From the sequence record NC_070936.1: DNA of 64,000 bases; one strand, 5' to 3'. Position numbers and translations under genes: made by a program. Below the pieces are notes generated by a model. It searched no databases and had not been told where the DNA came from. It saw only the letters and a program-made list of their open reading frames with translations. Within the stretch, counting starts at the first letter, position 1. Each line of letters opens with the position of its first letter. Of this stretch, positions 1 through 9,241 are shown piece after piece.

Positions 1-3
1 CCA

Positions 4-33
4 ACACTCCTAGGGCTCAGGCTCTAGGAGTGT
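4..33 (+). terminator. Stem-loop, probable intrinsic terminator of upstream gene
   Basis: acactcctagggc-tcag-gctctaggagtgt inverted repeat followed by ttatg. Confidence 0.5.
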
Positions 34-50
34 TTATGTGAGGTAAGCTT

Positions 51-425
51 ATGTCGGAATTAATCAAACTAGAACAAATGGCCAAAGTAGTTCGTGGAGT
101 TTTATTATCATACAACTCTCGTGAATTGACGGGAATCAAGTATGGTGATCAAATTGCTGAAGCCAAGTTTGGTGTGTACGTTATGCGTTGTTACTTCTCA
201 GGTAAGAATGACAATAAGTACGCTACCGCCGTTCTTTACAAAGAAGATCCAGCTGGCGAATATCCTCCGGAAGAGATATTCCGTTTCTTCCCGACTGGTA
301 TTCAAAGTGAAATCGAATTTGCCATGCCTTTCTATTCCCGGATTATCCGTGGTAATGAAAAGGGTATTGTTTTACGTATGTTACAAGTAGCAGGAATTGA
401 AGATGCGATTAACGATGATCTCTAA
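51..425 (+). CDS. Hypothetical protein
   Basis: 124 aa ORF, gaggt RBS upstream, overlaps next gene. Confidence 0.7.
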   Translation: MSELIKLEQMAKVVRGVLLSYNSRELTGIKYGDQIAEAKFGVYVMRCYFSGKNDNKYATAVLYKEDPAGEYPPEEIFRFFPTGIQSEIEFAMPFYSRIIRGNEKGIVLRMLQVAGIEDAINDDL

Positions 426-819
426 AGCTCGACTGAAAGATATTTGTGAACATGTCTGCCGTCGTAAACGTTGTATTGGTAAGAACGTTCAAATCGGTAT
501 TCCTCATGGTGATGCAGTTGCCATCGCTTTAAAGGAAATTACCCACGACCTGTTCCAGGTTAATATGCGAGTGGACAATGGTGATAAGCCAGGCTTTGTC
601 GACTGCAAATGGGAAGGTATGGGTAATGATCGCCATATCTGCGTTAAAGCTGTCTTTATAGATTCTCGTGAGCCTAACAAAGTCCTGTTATCCACTTGGG
701 TGGATGAAGATGGAGCTGCTCATATTGAAGTCTATGAAGGGCGTTATACAGCCATTCTCAAAGTAGTAGTTCCTTCTGAACTAGAAGAATGGATTTCTAA
801 TTTCTTACGTGTTATCTAA
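397..819 (+). CDS. Hypothetical protein
   Basis: Co-oriented ORF overlapping previous stop; true start may be ATG 415. Confidence 0.7.
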   Translation: MKMRLTMISKARLKDICEHVCRRKRCIGKNVQIGIPHGDAVAIALKEITHDLFQVNMRVDNGDKPGFVDCKWEGMGNDRHICVKAVFIDSREPNKVLLSTWVDEDGAAHIEVYEGRYTAILKVVVPSELEEWISNFLRVI

Positions 820-828
820 TTTATTTTC

Positions 829-911
829 TACTATCTCTCTTATATATTGTCAGGGGGTAGGGGGTCTATCCGGAAGGATAATTTATATAAATTAGAGATT
901 ACGTAGTAATC
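829..911. repeat. Structured intergenic element, copy 1 (copy 2 at 45566-45649)
   Basis: cttatatattg..gggggtaggggg..tatcc-ggaa-ggata..ttatataaa..gattac-gta-gtaatc; same architecture at 45566-45649. Confidence 0.7.
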
Positions 912-928
912 ATCATGCAGGATTAGTT

Positions 929-1561
929 ATGAATACCTTTTACATTGTAACGTTTATTATCATTATCCTTCTTGGTTGTCTTTATCTTTATGGGGCAAGA
1001 CAAGATAAATTAAAAGCAATTGAAAAACTGAATAAAGTTAAAGAAAGATTGGATTATAACTTTGTACAGTTAATGAAGTATCAACGAGATACTAATAAGT
1101 TTAAAACCTATATTGATATTGTTGAGGAATGTATATCAATAATACAGTTAAGTGATTGCACCATTGGGGTTGAATTAGATATACTTGATCGTTCTGGTTT
1201 CGTAGAGATCATGATGAAGTATAAAGACATCAAAGCTTGTTACTATTTCATCCCACCTTACTCAGGAGAACTCAAAGATGAGATCACTGAACATCGTAAA
1301 AGTCTGTGGCGTAATGAAGTTGATTTGATTCTTCGTTATGCTCAGGAAGATCTAGTCCAGACAGTTAGTCAGGCACAGATTACTAAAGGCACCCATCTGT
1401 GTCGGGATGATTTGAGAGATATCCTGAAGACTCTTACTGAGAAACAACGTCATGTTTTATTTGTAGATTTCAAAATCTCTTATGACTGCGTGATGATTCG
1501 GACTCATCTTAAATCTGATTATTCTAAAACTGTGGAGCAAGTTATCCCAGTTCGTAACTAG
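929..1561 (+). CDS. N-terminally membrane-anchored hypothetical protein
   Basis: N-terminal hydrophobic FYIVTFIIIILLGCLYLYG followed by basic residues. Confidence 0.75.
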   Translation: MNTFYIVTFIIIILLGCLYLYGARQDKLKAIEKLNKVKERLDYNFVQLMKYQRDTNKFKTYIDIVEECISIIQLSDCTIGVELDILDRSGFVEIMMKYKDIKACYYFIPPYSGELKDEITEHRKSLWRNEVDLILRYAQEDLVQTVSQAQITKGTHLCRDDLRDILKTLTEKQRHVLFVDFKISYDCVMIRTHLKSDYSKTVEQVIPVRN

Positions 1562-1569
1562 GAGTTACT

Positions 1570-1821
1570 ATGAGCTTTATGGACATATTACCTTATTGCA
1601 TCATCATCTTACTTGCCGTACTAGTAAGCATTTGGTACAGGCTTCGTAAGCTAAAGCAAGGTGTTGAAACTAGCTATAAGTATACACAGCTAGGTCATTG
1701 CCGTGCTATGATGGTAATGCTTTTGAATCGTTATCTGCACGATGATGGTGAGATAACCAATGAGCACTTAGAGAGCTGTGTCTCAACGGTTAAACACTAC
1801 TTCCCCCGATGTGGATATTAA
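1570..1821 (+). CDS. Small membrane protein
   Basis: ILPYCIIILLAVLVSIWY TM-like stretch; aggag RBS. Confidence 0.7.
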   Translation: MSFMDILPYCIIILLAVLVSIWYRLRKLKQGVETSYKYTQLGHCRAMMVMLLNRYLHDDGEITNEHLESCVSTVKHYFPRCGY

Positions 1822-1936
1822 ATACGAAAGTATCGCAGGGTCATTCCAATACAAAATTAGTATTGGGAAATACTTCGTTACTATCGATGGGTACACGTAC
1901 CCACCTGAAGCCAATAAACCTTACTTTATTAAATGA
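1811..1936 (+). CDS. Possible 41 aa small protein, not in ORF track
   Basis: GTG at 1811 overlapping upstream stop reads VDIKYESIAGSFQYKISIGKYFVTIDGYTYPPEANKPYFIK*; fills an otherwise empty gap. Confidence 0.35.
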   Translation: MDIKYESIAGSFQYKISIGKYFVTIDGYTYPPEANKPYFIK

Positions 1937-2028
1937 GTAAGGATTCTCTGAATTCATTATGATCACTTTTGTGATCTAGTACCTGGACAATACTGTCCTC
2001 CATTACCTTAACTTAGGAAATCTTTAAA

Positions 2029-2724
2029 ATGATCTTTTCAGTAATGAATATCCGTGCCGTAGTTGTTCGTGTACTTCTGACTTTCATTGGTATGAACGCA
2101 GCAGTCATCAACTCTCGGTATAGTGCCATCCTGGCGAGTACTGAGAAACAACTCATTACTATCTGGGACCGCATGGGTGTCATCATGCTCCTGACCAAGG
2201 ATGAAAAGGGTCACTGGCATTTGAGCGTTTCCACAGGTACTGGTAACTCACCTTTCTTTGAGATTAAAGTAGGTAGTACCAACAATGTGTTTAACCGCCG
2301 TACTCTGAATGCACTGGAAGTTTGGTACCATTCAAACTTGCGTACTTACAAAGTGACATTTGATAATGCTGCCACCAATGCAGTAAAACAACTCGATATC
2401 CGTGGTTATATTACCGACATCGGTTTCATGGATCGTTTGTTTAACCGTAGTAAAGAAGTTGATATCAAGCTTCCAACTCCGCTGAATGAAATGATCAGTA
2501 TCCACCTGGATATCAAACGTTCTATCTTTAACAAGCTGATGGTATCGGTAAGTGTTAGTTCCCCAGCTATCACTAGCGACGGTAAATGTGGTAGTGCGCT
2601 AGAGACTCTGTTCCCTATCCACTTCGGCAACCTCCGTCAGTTCAATGCGAATATTGAACAGGAGCCGGTTAATGCTTATGTCCAACAAGCGATTATGGAT
2701 CACATCGAACATAATCTGAAATAA
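2029..2724 (+). CDS. Hypothetical protein, hydrophobic N-terminus
   Basis: 231 aa ORF, aggaa RBS, host-like codon usage. Confidence 0.75.
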   Translation: MIFSVMNIRAVVVRVLLTFIGMNAAVINSRYSAILASTEKQLITIWDRMGVIMLLTKDEKGHWHLSVSTGTGNSPFFEIKVGSTNNVFNRRTLNALEVWYHSNLRTYKVTFDNAATNAVKQLDIRGYITDIGFMDRLFNRSKEVDIKLPTPLNEMISIHLDIKRSIFNKLMVSVSVSSPAITSDGKCGSALETLFPIHFGNLRQFNANIEQEPVNAYVQQAIMDHIEHNLK

Positions 2725-2802
2725 TCTCTTCGGGGTGGTGGGTAAAACCGTCACCCCGTTTTGATACCACTTATTTTTATTTTTGTTAATGGAGTATCAA
2801 TC

Positions 2803-3195
2803 ATGATTGATTATGATATAAAAATTTTAGGTGGTGTAATACTGGCGATTGTTATTCTCTTGTTAATTGCTGCTATCTGGCTGGGATCTATTCTGCTTAA
2901 AGAAGCGGAGGAAATCAAAGCTGCATCAAAGAACGTTCAATCAGCTTTTAATGTGGTTAACGTTGAAGTAACAAGGAAACTCAAAAACAATCGAGCTATT
3001 CACTTTGCAGATCTTCTTTTGATCGTTGAGAAGGTAAGTAAGGTGATACCAGGGATAAAGGTTGAACTGGAGAAAAACTTCGAACTCAAACAAGTCAGTA
3101 TCGTGATTGAGAAAGATGGAATCAAAGCAACCTACACCTTACTGGCTACCATTGTTGAAATACCTTATCGTTCAGCACTGGCTAAAAACATTTAA
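2803..3195 (+). CDS. Membrane-anchored hypothetical protein
   Basis: ggag RBS before ATG 2803; TM ILGGVILAIVILLLIAAIWLGSILL. Confidence 0.75.
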   Translation: MIDYDIKILGGVILAIVILLLIAAIWLGSILLKEAEEIKAASKNVQSAFNVVNVEVTRKLKNNRAIHFADLLLIVEKVSKVIPGIKVELEKNFELKQVSIVIEKDGIKATYTLLATIVEIPYRSALAKNI

Positions 3196-3534
3196 AAATG
3201 AATCATGCAATGGAGATCTTTTATTTGAAAAAGTATTAGATTTCCATTGTATGTAGTCTTGCATTCTCATCTTACCTGTTTCTCCCCTTGGGGTAGGAAT
3301 GGGGATACAAGATTTTCTCTTCTTTTATCTTACTTTAAGGGGTTTGGGGTCAGATTTCATTCTCTTCTTCTTCTCTTACCTTTTAAGGTAATTATACTTA
3401 TTATATATTAAGTATATATAGAGTAAGTATGAGAACGAAGAGAAAACCCTTTTGAGAAAATTAAATTAATTATCCTAGTTATCCGTAAAGGGTAACTGGG
3501 GTGATAAACCTATGTTTAATTCAGGAGTATAGAA

Positions 3535-3798
3535 ATGAAGACTAAGAAAAAGAATAAAGGTATCTCACTTAAAGAACGTTCTGTAGATGTTCGTCTTGAG
3601 ATTCCCGATTTACAGAATCTGATAGAAAAACGTTTCAATGACAACTTACCAGTAACAGAAGTTAAAACGTGGATGCCTCCTTCTCAGGAAAGCGTTAATG
3701 AAGTTAACAAAATCTTGAAAGATGTTATCGAAGGTAAATCAGAAGGCAACCCTTTCGATCTCTATTCCGTCACACAACGCACCAAACCTCTAAAGTAA
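3535..3798 (+). CDS. Hypothetical protein, basic N-terminus
   Basis: aggag RBS, 87 aa. Confidence 0.7.
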   Translation: MKTKKKNKGISLKERSVDVRLEIPDLQNLIEKRFNDNLPVTEVKTWMPPSQESVNEVNKILKDVIEGKSEGNPFDLYSVTQRTKPLK

Positions 3799-3802
3799 GG
3801 AA

Positions 3803-4168
3803 ATGAAAATGAACAAAGTTATCGTTAAAAACTTCTATGATTCAATTAAAGCAGTTGCAGCAGAATTAATGGAAGAAAACGCCGTAGCTAAGTTAACTGA
3901 ACTTTTGCAACAACTTGAAAATGCCAATTATCACGGCGGTCATTTCGAGGTCAATGAAATAGTCTACAGCATCCGACCACGTGGGAATACAGATTACTGT
4001 GTCTGTATCTCTAATTTTAAAGATGGTGTTGAGACGGTATACGGGACAATCGATTTTGAAGATGGTTGCTTTGTTTACCGTAATCGAACCACCAGTGCTG
4101 AAACCATTTACAAAGATCTCATCAATAATCAAATCGAGATCTTGAAAATCTTTATCAATACACTTTAA
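3803..4168 (+). CDS. Hypothetical protein
   Basis: Tightly packed operon ORF. Confidence 0.7.
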   Translation: MKMNKVIVKNFYDSIKAVAAELMEENAVAKLTELLQQLENANYHGGHFEVNEIVYSIRPRGNTDYCVCISNFKDGVETVYGTIDFEDGCFVYRNRTTSAETIYKDLINNQIEILKIFINTL

Positions 4169-4177
4169 GGTAACATA

Positions 4178-4432
4178 ATGACTGATAAAATTTTAATAGA
4201 TCGTGATCTACTACAGCGTTTAGTAGATGCAGCATATGACTTCCACCCAGCTAATAAAGCTGCTGATGAAGGTCAGGAAATTTTGGACAGGCTGGAAGCT
4301 AAACCAGAGTTAACCTTTAACGATCAATTCCTTCGCGACGTTATTGAAGGAGAGCGTAGTCGTAACATCCACGTTATTCAAAAGTGGTGTGAAGATAATG
4401 GTTATGAACTCGTAGCTAAAAAGGATCTGTAA
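4178..4432 (+). CDS. Hypothetical protein
   Basis: aaggt RBS; stop overlaps next start. Confidence 0.7.
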   Translation: MTDKILIDRDLLQRLVDAAYDFHPANKAADEGQEILDRLEAKPELTFNDQFLRDVIEGERSRNIHVIQKWCEDNGYELVAKKDL

Positions 4433-4812
4433 TGGATATCGTGATCATAGCACTAGATGTCTTTATTGGGTTTGCTCTTGGTTACTTAACCAGAGAGCTT
4501 TTGACTAAACGCAAACAACGTAAAGAGAAAGCTAAAGAAGCGACAGCATTGATCAAGGAAATGGAACTTCCTCCTAAGGCTGTACTGAATGCAATAGCGA
4601 TTCATCTTACTTCAGTATTCTCAATCAAATATCTCACCAGTGTGGATGAGTGTGAAGAGTTTATTGAATCTGAACTCAATCGTTATCTTGGTCTAGCTAA
4701 AGAACTGACATGGCGATATCGTTGGACAGCTCCAGATGCAATGGAGCTGAGAATTAGCTATAAAGGCCAGACCATGAAACTGGGTCTTGCAATAACCGTA
4801 ACTAAAAGGTAA
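4432..4812 (+). CDS. Membrane-anchored hypothetical protein
   Basis: TM IVIIALDVFIGFALGYLT followed by KRKQRK positive-inside patch. Confidence 0.75.
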   Translation: MDIVIIALDVFIGFALGYLTRELLTKRKQRKEKAKEATALIKEMELPPKAVLNAIAIHLTSVFSIKYLTSVDECEEFIESELNRYLGLAKELTWRYRWTAPDAMELRISYKGQTMKLGLAITVTKR

Positions 4813-4818
4813 ATGTAA

Positions 4819-5175
4819 ATGGCGCATTACTTAGAAATCGATTTAGTCCCTAAAGAACTGGTGGGTGAGAAGAAAAGCATCGGGTATTGTGATATCGAAT
4901 CTAAAGATATCCGTGGAGTATTTTCAGAACCTCGCACTACCGATCATAACGATGTTCTTCGTGGGATCTTCAAAGCCGATTGGGATGATTGTGATTATTA
5001 TGTACTCACACCAGAATTGGTAGATGAGATCATTGCTAAATTCAGCAAAATGGATCTTGAAGATTTATTCATTGAACCTGATCAACACAACCGCATTATG
5101 AAAGCCATGCGTGCAGTTCAGGACAATATGGATCCTAACTCGGAAGTTTGTTACGTTATTAGTTGGAGTAAATAG
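4819..5175 (+). CDS. Acidic hypothetical protein
   Basis: 118 aa ORF in operon. Confidence 0.7.
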   Translation: MAHYLEIDLVPKELVGEKKSIGYCDIESKDIRGVFSEPRTTDHNDVLRGIFKADWDDCDYYVLTPELVDEIIAKFSKMDLEDLFIEPDQHNRIMKAMRAVQDNMDPNSEVCYVISWSK

Positions 5176-5531
5176 TGAGAACTTTAGAATCATTCCGTAA
5201 TGAGTTATGTGAACTTACTGCACATGCTCTTGATAACCTGGTTATTCAAAATAAGCCAGAATTCCAAACCGTGCAAAAACATAATGGCGGTGGTCCTGAA
5301 AACCATGCACCAACTGAAGTAACTTTTACTCGTGAAGGCCCTTTGGAAATCATCACCATTCCTTTCTACGGTAAGGAAGTGAAGCTGCGCTTTAAGTTTG
5401 GATATCCTCGTGATACCATTCCACAAGGTGTGCTGGATCGCTTCAAAGACAATCGTGACAATAACGTGAAGAATATTGCTATAATGTTTAACCACGTTAT
5501 CCATGAAGTGTTTGAAACACAACCTAAGTGA
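5175..5531 (+). CDS. Hypothetical protein
   Basis: GTG start overlapping previous stop, ggag RBS. Confidence 0.65.
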   Translation: MRTLESFRNELCELTAHALDNLVIQNKPEFQTVQKHNGGGPENHAPTEVTFTREGPLEIITIPFYGKEVKLRFKFGYPRDTIPQGVLDRFKDNRDNNVKNIAIMFNHVIHEVFETQPK

Positions 5532-5535
5532 TACC

Positions 5536-5991
5536 ATGAAAGAAAACGATGATGGTCTCATTGAACTGGATTCACGCAACCTTGATGAGTTTCTCTATAA
5601 ACTCGGATCGGATGTTGGTCGAAGTGTTTGGTGGAAACTATGGATTAAAACCAAGTGGAAACTTGAAGCCATCAGGGAAAAGTTAGAAGGTTCCAATGAG
5701 GAGATTAATTTCTTACATTATGACCTTCGCCACTTAGGATACGCCAAACGTAAAAACCAACCACTCAGACTACGTTACTTTAATAAGCATGGTGAACTTA
5801 AAAGCGCCCGCTTTATTGTGACCTGGTCTTATGGTTCCTATCTTATCAAGGAAAGTAAATTCCCTTTAGTCAAACCAGGTAAACCTCTTAAAGGTCCAAT
5901 GACTATTAAGAAGGGAAGATGTTATAAGAGGAAGATATCCTTTACTGGATTCGTTCGCTCTTGGGAAGTATCATTCAACTCAACTCTATAA
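5536..5991 (+). CDS. Basic hypothetical protein
   Basis: ATG 5536 just after the previous stop (track start 5503). Confidence 0.65.
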   Translation: MKENDDGLIELDSRNLDEFLYKLGSDVGRSVWWKLWIKTKWKLEAIREKLEGSNEEINFLHYDLRHLGYAKRKNQPLRLRYFNKHGELKSARFIVTWSYGSYLIKESKFPLVKPGKPLKGPMTIKKGRCYKRKISFTGFVRSWEVSFNSTL

Positions 5992-6004
5992 GGAAACGTA
6001 ATAA

Positions 6005-6340
6005 GTGGAAACTAAAGCTGGAAACCGTTCTGTATCTAAAGCTGCACTGAAAGCCACAATCCGTGATGGGATGTTGGAAGCATTTAAATCTAACCAACCT
6101 GTAGTGGAAGAGTTAGAAGTAGAAACCATCCTAGGGAAAATGCGTTTTAAAACCCGCCCAACTTCCCCGGACCATGTGACTATCATTTATCTGAACGGAC
6201 ACCGCCTTTATAAAGTTATGGTCGATTGCCGTCAGTCTCGTGATCGCATTGAGTTCGCACAGTACATCGAAGAGAAACTCTCTCGTGAATCATTCGATCG
6301 TCAGTGTGACAAAGTCCTGAGCTACCCTATTACTAAATAA
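6005..6340 (+). CDS. Hypothetical protein
   Basis: aagga RBS, GTG start, followed by terminator. Confidence 0.65.
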   Translation: METKAGNRSVSKAALKATIRDGMLEAFKSNQPVVEELEVETILGKMRFKTRPTSPDHVTIIYLNGHRLYKVMVDCRQSRDRIEFAQYIEEKLSRESFDRQCDKVLSYPITK

Positions 6341-6345
6341 CCTTT

Positions 6346-6377
6346 AACTATCACCTCCAAAAGGGGTGATAGTTTTT
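6346..6377 (+). terminator. Intrinsic terminator
   Basis: aactatcacctcc/aggggtgatagtt stem followed by T-tract. Confidence 0.75.
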
Positions 6378-6397
6378 AGTTCTTATTTGTTTTGAAA

Positions 6398-6419
6398 TAG
6401 ATATTATTAGATTGAATAA
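6398..6419 (+). promoter_or_regulatory. Putative phage (early-type) promoter
   Basis: tagatattattagattgaataa matches the recurrent ATATTATY motif; resembles phiKZ early TATATTAC. Confidence 0.55.
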
Positions 6420-6446
6420 CCCAACATTATTTTAAAGGAGTTTAGA

Positions 6447-7058
6447 ATGACCTTGATCAATAAAGCATTTGCTCAACAAGCCAAAGAAGAAATCATTAAA
6501 CACCTCCGTACTCAGCTGGAAGGTAAGGCAAATAGCAATACCTTTAACCTGAAAGATTCGGGTATTACAGTCACTATCCGAACCACCGCTAACCCTCACA
6601 CCAAGTTGACCAAGTTCGAAGTTTATGTCTTTGATCGAATGGTGGGAAGCGGGGAAGTTAAGTTTGACAAAAAGATCCAGTTAGAAAAGTCTTTTGTTGA
6701 AACTTTACCTGATTTCATCATGACTCATTTGCTTGGGTACATTATCGATGATTCTGGAACTGCCGAAGCTATTGACAATATGCTTCGTGGAATTACTTCT
6801 GGTACTGAAGTGGAACATCCATTTGGAATGAGTATTAAGTTCCATAGCGATGATGATCACCAGGTATTAATGATCACTAAAGGTAAAGATGTCCTCTATG
6901 CCTTAGAAGAGGCAGTTAATCTCAATGAGGGTATCGGGACCGATCTGTTTACTCCAGTCGAGCAACTTAAATATCGGATTAACAAAGTTCTCGCCCATTA
7001 CACCATTCGTGAAGACTTTGGTGTCGAGTATGACTTTGGTACTGGTGCACAATTTTAA
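6447..7058 (+). CDS. Hypothetical protein
   Basis: aaggag RBS, 203 aa. Confidence 0.75.
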   Translation: MTLINKAFAQQAKEEIIKHLRTQLEGKANSNTFNLKDSGITVTIRTTANPHTKLTKFEVYVFDRMVGSGEVKFDKKIQLEKSFVETLPDFIMTHLLGYIIDDSGTAEAIDNMLRGITSGTEVEHPFGMSIKFHSDDDHQVLMITKGKDVLYALEEAVNLNEGIGTDLFTPVEQLKYRINKVLAHYTIREDFGVEYDFGTGAQF

Positions 7059-7073
7059 TTTAAGGAAATAAAA

Positions 7074-7706
7074 ATGATCGTTAGTAAAGAGTGCCTGCGT
7101 AAGCTGGCAGAGTTAACTATCTCCCGTTTAGTTATTGATGGAACTCAAATCGCTTGGTCTGGTGGTTATCAGATCAATTTACTTTCTGGTAACATTGACA
7201 TTCTCATTGATGTGAAGTTATCAGAAATTGATGATTATGGTGTCCGATTGGCACTTCATCATCAAGGAACTACATTGGGTATGGTAATCATTAAAGATTG
7301 CCGGATGTTCACCCGTGACGCACTCAAAGAAGAATTGGGTAAATGGGTGGAACAAACAAAGACTTACCTTATTAATAACTACGCTAAATGGTTAGTAGGT
7401 AAGTACATCAAAAATGATTTACAGGTCAAGCATTGGACTTGTGCCGCATCAACCAATGACAAAATTGGCTCCATGGTAATTTGTGACGTTCGCTTTAAAG
7501 CAAAAGTCCAAACCAATACGGCATGGTTACAAGTCGAAGATAAAGACGTTGTAATCTACAAAGTGGAGCGATCCAATTTCCTGAACATGACAACCAAACA
7601 AGGTTGGCAGGGAATGAACATCAATACTGTTACTGCTGAATTAGGCCGTGTTATTTCTACACTGCTTTTCCAGCGTGATAATTTTGTTATACCGGTAACG
7701 TTGTAA
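7074..7706 (+). CDS. Hypothetical protein
   Basis: aaggaa RBS, 210 aa. Confidence 0.75.
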   Translation: MIVSKECLRKLAELTISRLVIDGTQIAWSGGYQINLLSGNIDILIDVKLSEIDDYGVRLALHHQGTTLGMVIIKDCRMFTRDALKEELGKWVEQTKTYLINNYAKWLVGKYIKNDLQVKHWTCAASTNDKIGSMVICDVRFKAKVQTNTAWLQVEDKDVVIYKVERSNFLNMTTKQGWQGMNINTVTAELGRVISTLLFQRDNFVIPVTL

Positions 7707-8026
7707 TGGCACTACCCAAGAAACATTTACCACGAGTAACTAAATTCGTGGAGATCGTTTTGGGGATGGTGGTAAGAGAAGAATTATCCAGGAACTTCTA
7801 TAAACGAGGTGTTCTGGATAGTAACTATGTACTGACGTTGGAAAACAACATTCTTCTCCCTCCATATAACGATGACCGCATTGAGTTCATTGCTGAAGTG
7901 AATGACAAGAAAGCTGGACCATTCACTATTACCGGTAAGGACTTAGCCGAACATCACCTTGATCCTAAACTTGTTAAAGAAGTGGTTCAGGGAATTATGA
8001 AAATCCGCATTAAGGAAATAAAATGA
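7706..8026 (+). CDS. Hypothetical protein
   Basis: TAATG coupling to upstream gene. Confidence 0.7.
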   Translation: MALPKKHLPRVTKFVEIVLGMVVREELSRNFYKRGVLDSNYVLTLENNILLPPYNDDRIEFIAEVNDKKAGPFTITGKDLAEHHLDPKLVKEVVQGIMKIRIKEIK

Positions 8027-8727
8027 AGTTTACTGTTAAAGAGCTAATGGCTGCTGAACCACAAATGGTGGAAGTCATCAAAGTCTTAGTTCGCAAGATG
8101 ATGATCTTAAATGATCTGCAACAGGAATCCATGGAAACAGTAATCGAGTTCCCAATCATTCCAGACGCACCGGAGCATCCTAAGCTTGTCTTCAAGATCA
8201 AGAAAAATTCATTGCGAACTCTCGGTATTGATGTCAAGGAGCAGATCACTGCTACAGTAAATATCCTTGCTCGCTTACCATGTGTTTTCAAAATGGAAAA
8301 GGAAGACATTGAACGCGGGTATTGTAAAGAAGAAGATATCGAAAGGATCTCCAAAGCCTATCTTCGTGAAATTGCCATGGGAATGTCAACCCATTGGTTA
8401 AATGACTCCGGTTATTTAGAACAGGCAATGAAATACTTGGATAATGACGAGATCCAAGAACTTCGTGATCAGTTTGATGGAATGATCGATGTTCATTATA
8501 ATGACACCGGAGCATCCATTGCTTTACTAAGCAGTCGTGGTGAACCTATTGCCACTGAAGCTAAATTTGCCAAGGTGGATATTGATGGATTCAATTTCTG
8601 TACCAAAGATAGATTCAAAGAGTTCGTCAAGCAAAAGCTTCCGAACTATATTCGTTATGGCTGGGCATTTAGCGGTCATTACGAAATCTGGAAATCTCCA
8701 ATCACTAAACCTGTAGAGGAAATCTGA
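8023..8727 (+). CDS. Hypothetical protein
   Basis: aaggaa RBS, 234 aa. Confidence 0.75.
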   Translation: MKFTVKELMAAEPQMVEVIKVLVRKMMILNDLQQESMETVIEFPIIPDAPEHPKLVFKIKKNSLRTLGIDVKEQITATVNILARLPCVFKMEKEDIERGYCKEEDIERISKAYLREIAMGMSTHWLNDSGYLEQAMKYLDNDEIQELRDQFDGMIDVHYNDTGASIALLSSRGEPIATEAKFAKVDIDGFNFCTKDRFKEFVKQKLPNYIRYGWAFSGHYEIWKSPITKPVEEI

Positions 8728-8728
8728 A

Positions 8729-9190
8729 ATGCTGACTCTGAAAAATAAATTAGCTATCCTGTTTGATAACGAACAAGATCGTGAAGAACTGGAAACCCTG
8801 GTTCATACTGCTCGTACCACCATCATCCGCCGTACACTTCGTGATATCATCAATAATTCTTCTGCAATGGGTATTGGTGATCTGGAAGAAGGTTCCGCAC
8901 TGATCACTGAAGAAGAACTGGCTTCCGGCGTACCCGTAACGTTTGATCTGCTTCAGGTAGATACTCCAATCATCGTTCGTGCAACTATTCAGCGTTATGG
9001 TGATGTGGGTAGTAACTACGTCACACTTCAAATCGATGTTAAATTGAGTGAGCGCAAGCCAAGCTACCTGATGCAACATAACGTCACTACTCTGTTTGTA
9101 GAGTCGGTATCAGTACCTCGTCTGTGGAAACGTATCGATCGCATTCTGAAAGATGTTCCATCCCTGGCCGCACCACTGTTGGCTAACTAA
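8729..9190 (+). CDS. Hypothetical protein
   Basis: gagga RBS, high-expression codon usage. Confidence 0.75.
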   Translation: MLTLKNKLAILFDNEQDREELETLVHTARTTIIRRTLRDIINNSSAMGIGDLEEGSALITEEELASGVPVTFDLLQVDTPIIVRATIQRYGDVGSNYVTLQIDVKLSERKPSYLMQHNVTTLFVESVSVPRLWKRIDRILKDVPSLAAPLLAN

Positions 9191-9241
9191 ATAACTGGGG
9201 AGGTCAACCCTCCCTAATTTTAATAGATCAAGGAAATAGAA

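Noticed and set aside
8300-8350. EDIER...EDIER short repeat in ORF 8023-8727
   Set aside because: Only two 5 aa copies with diverged DNA; likely a trivial local duplication.
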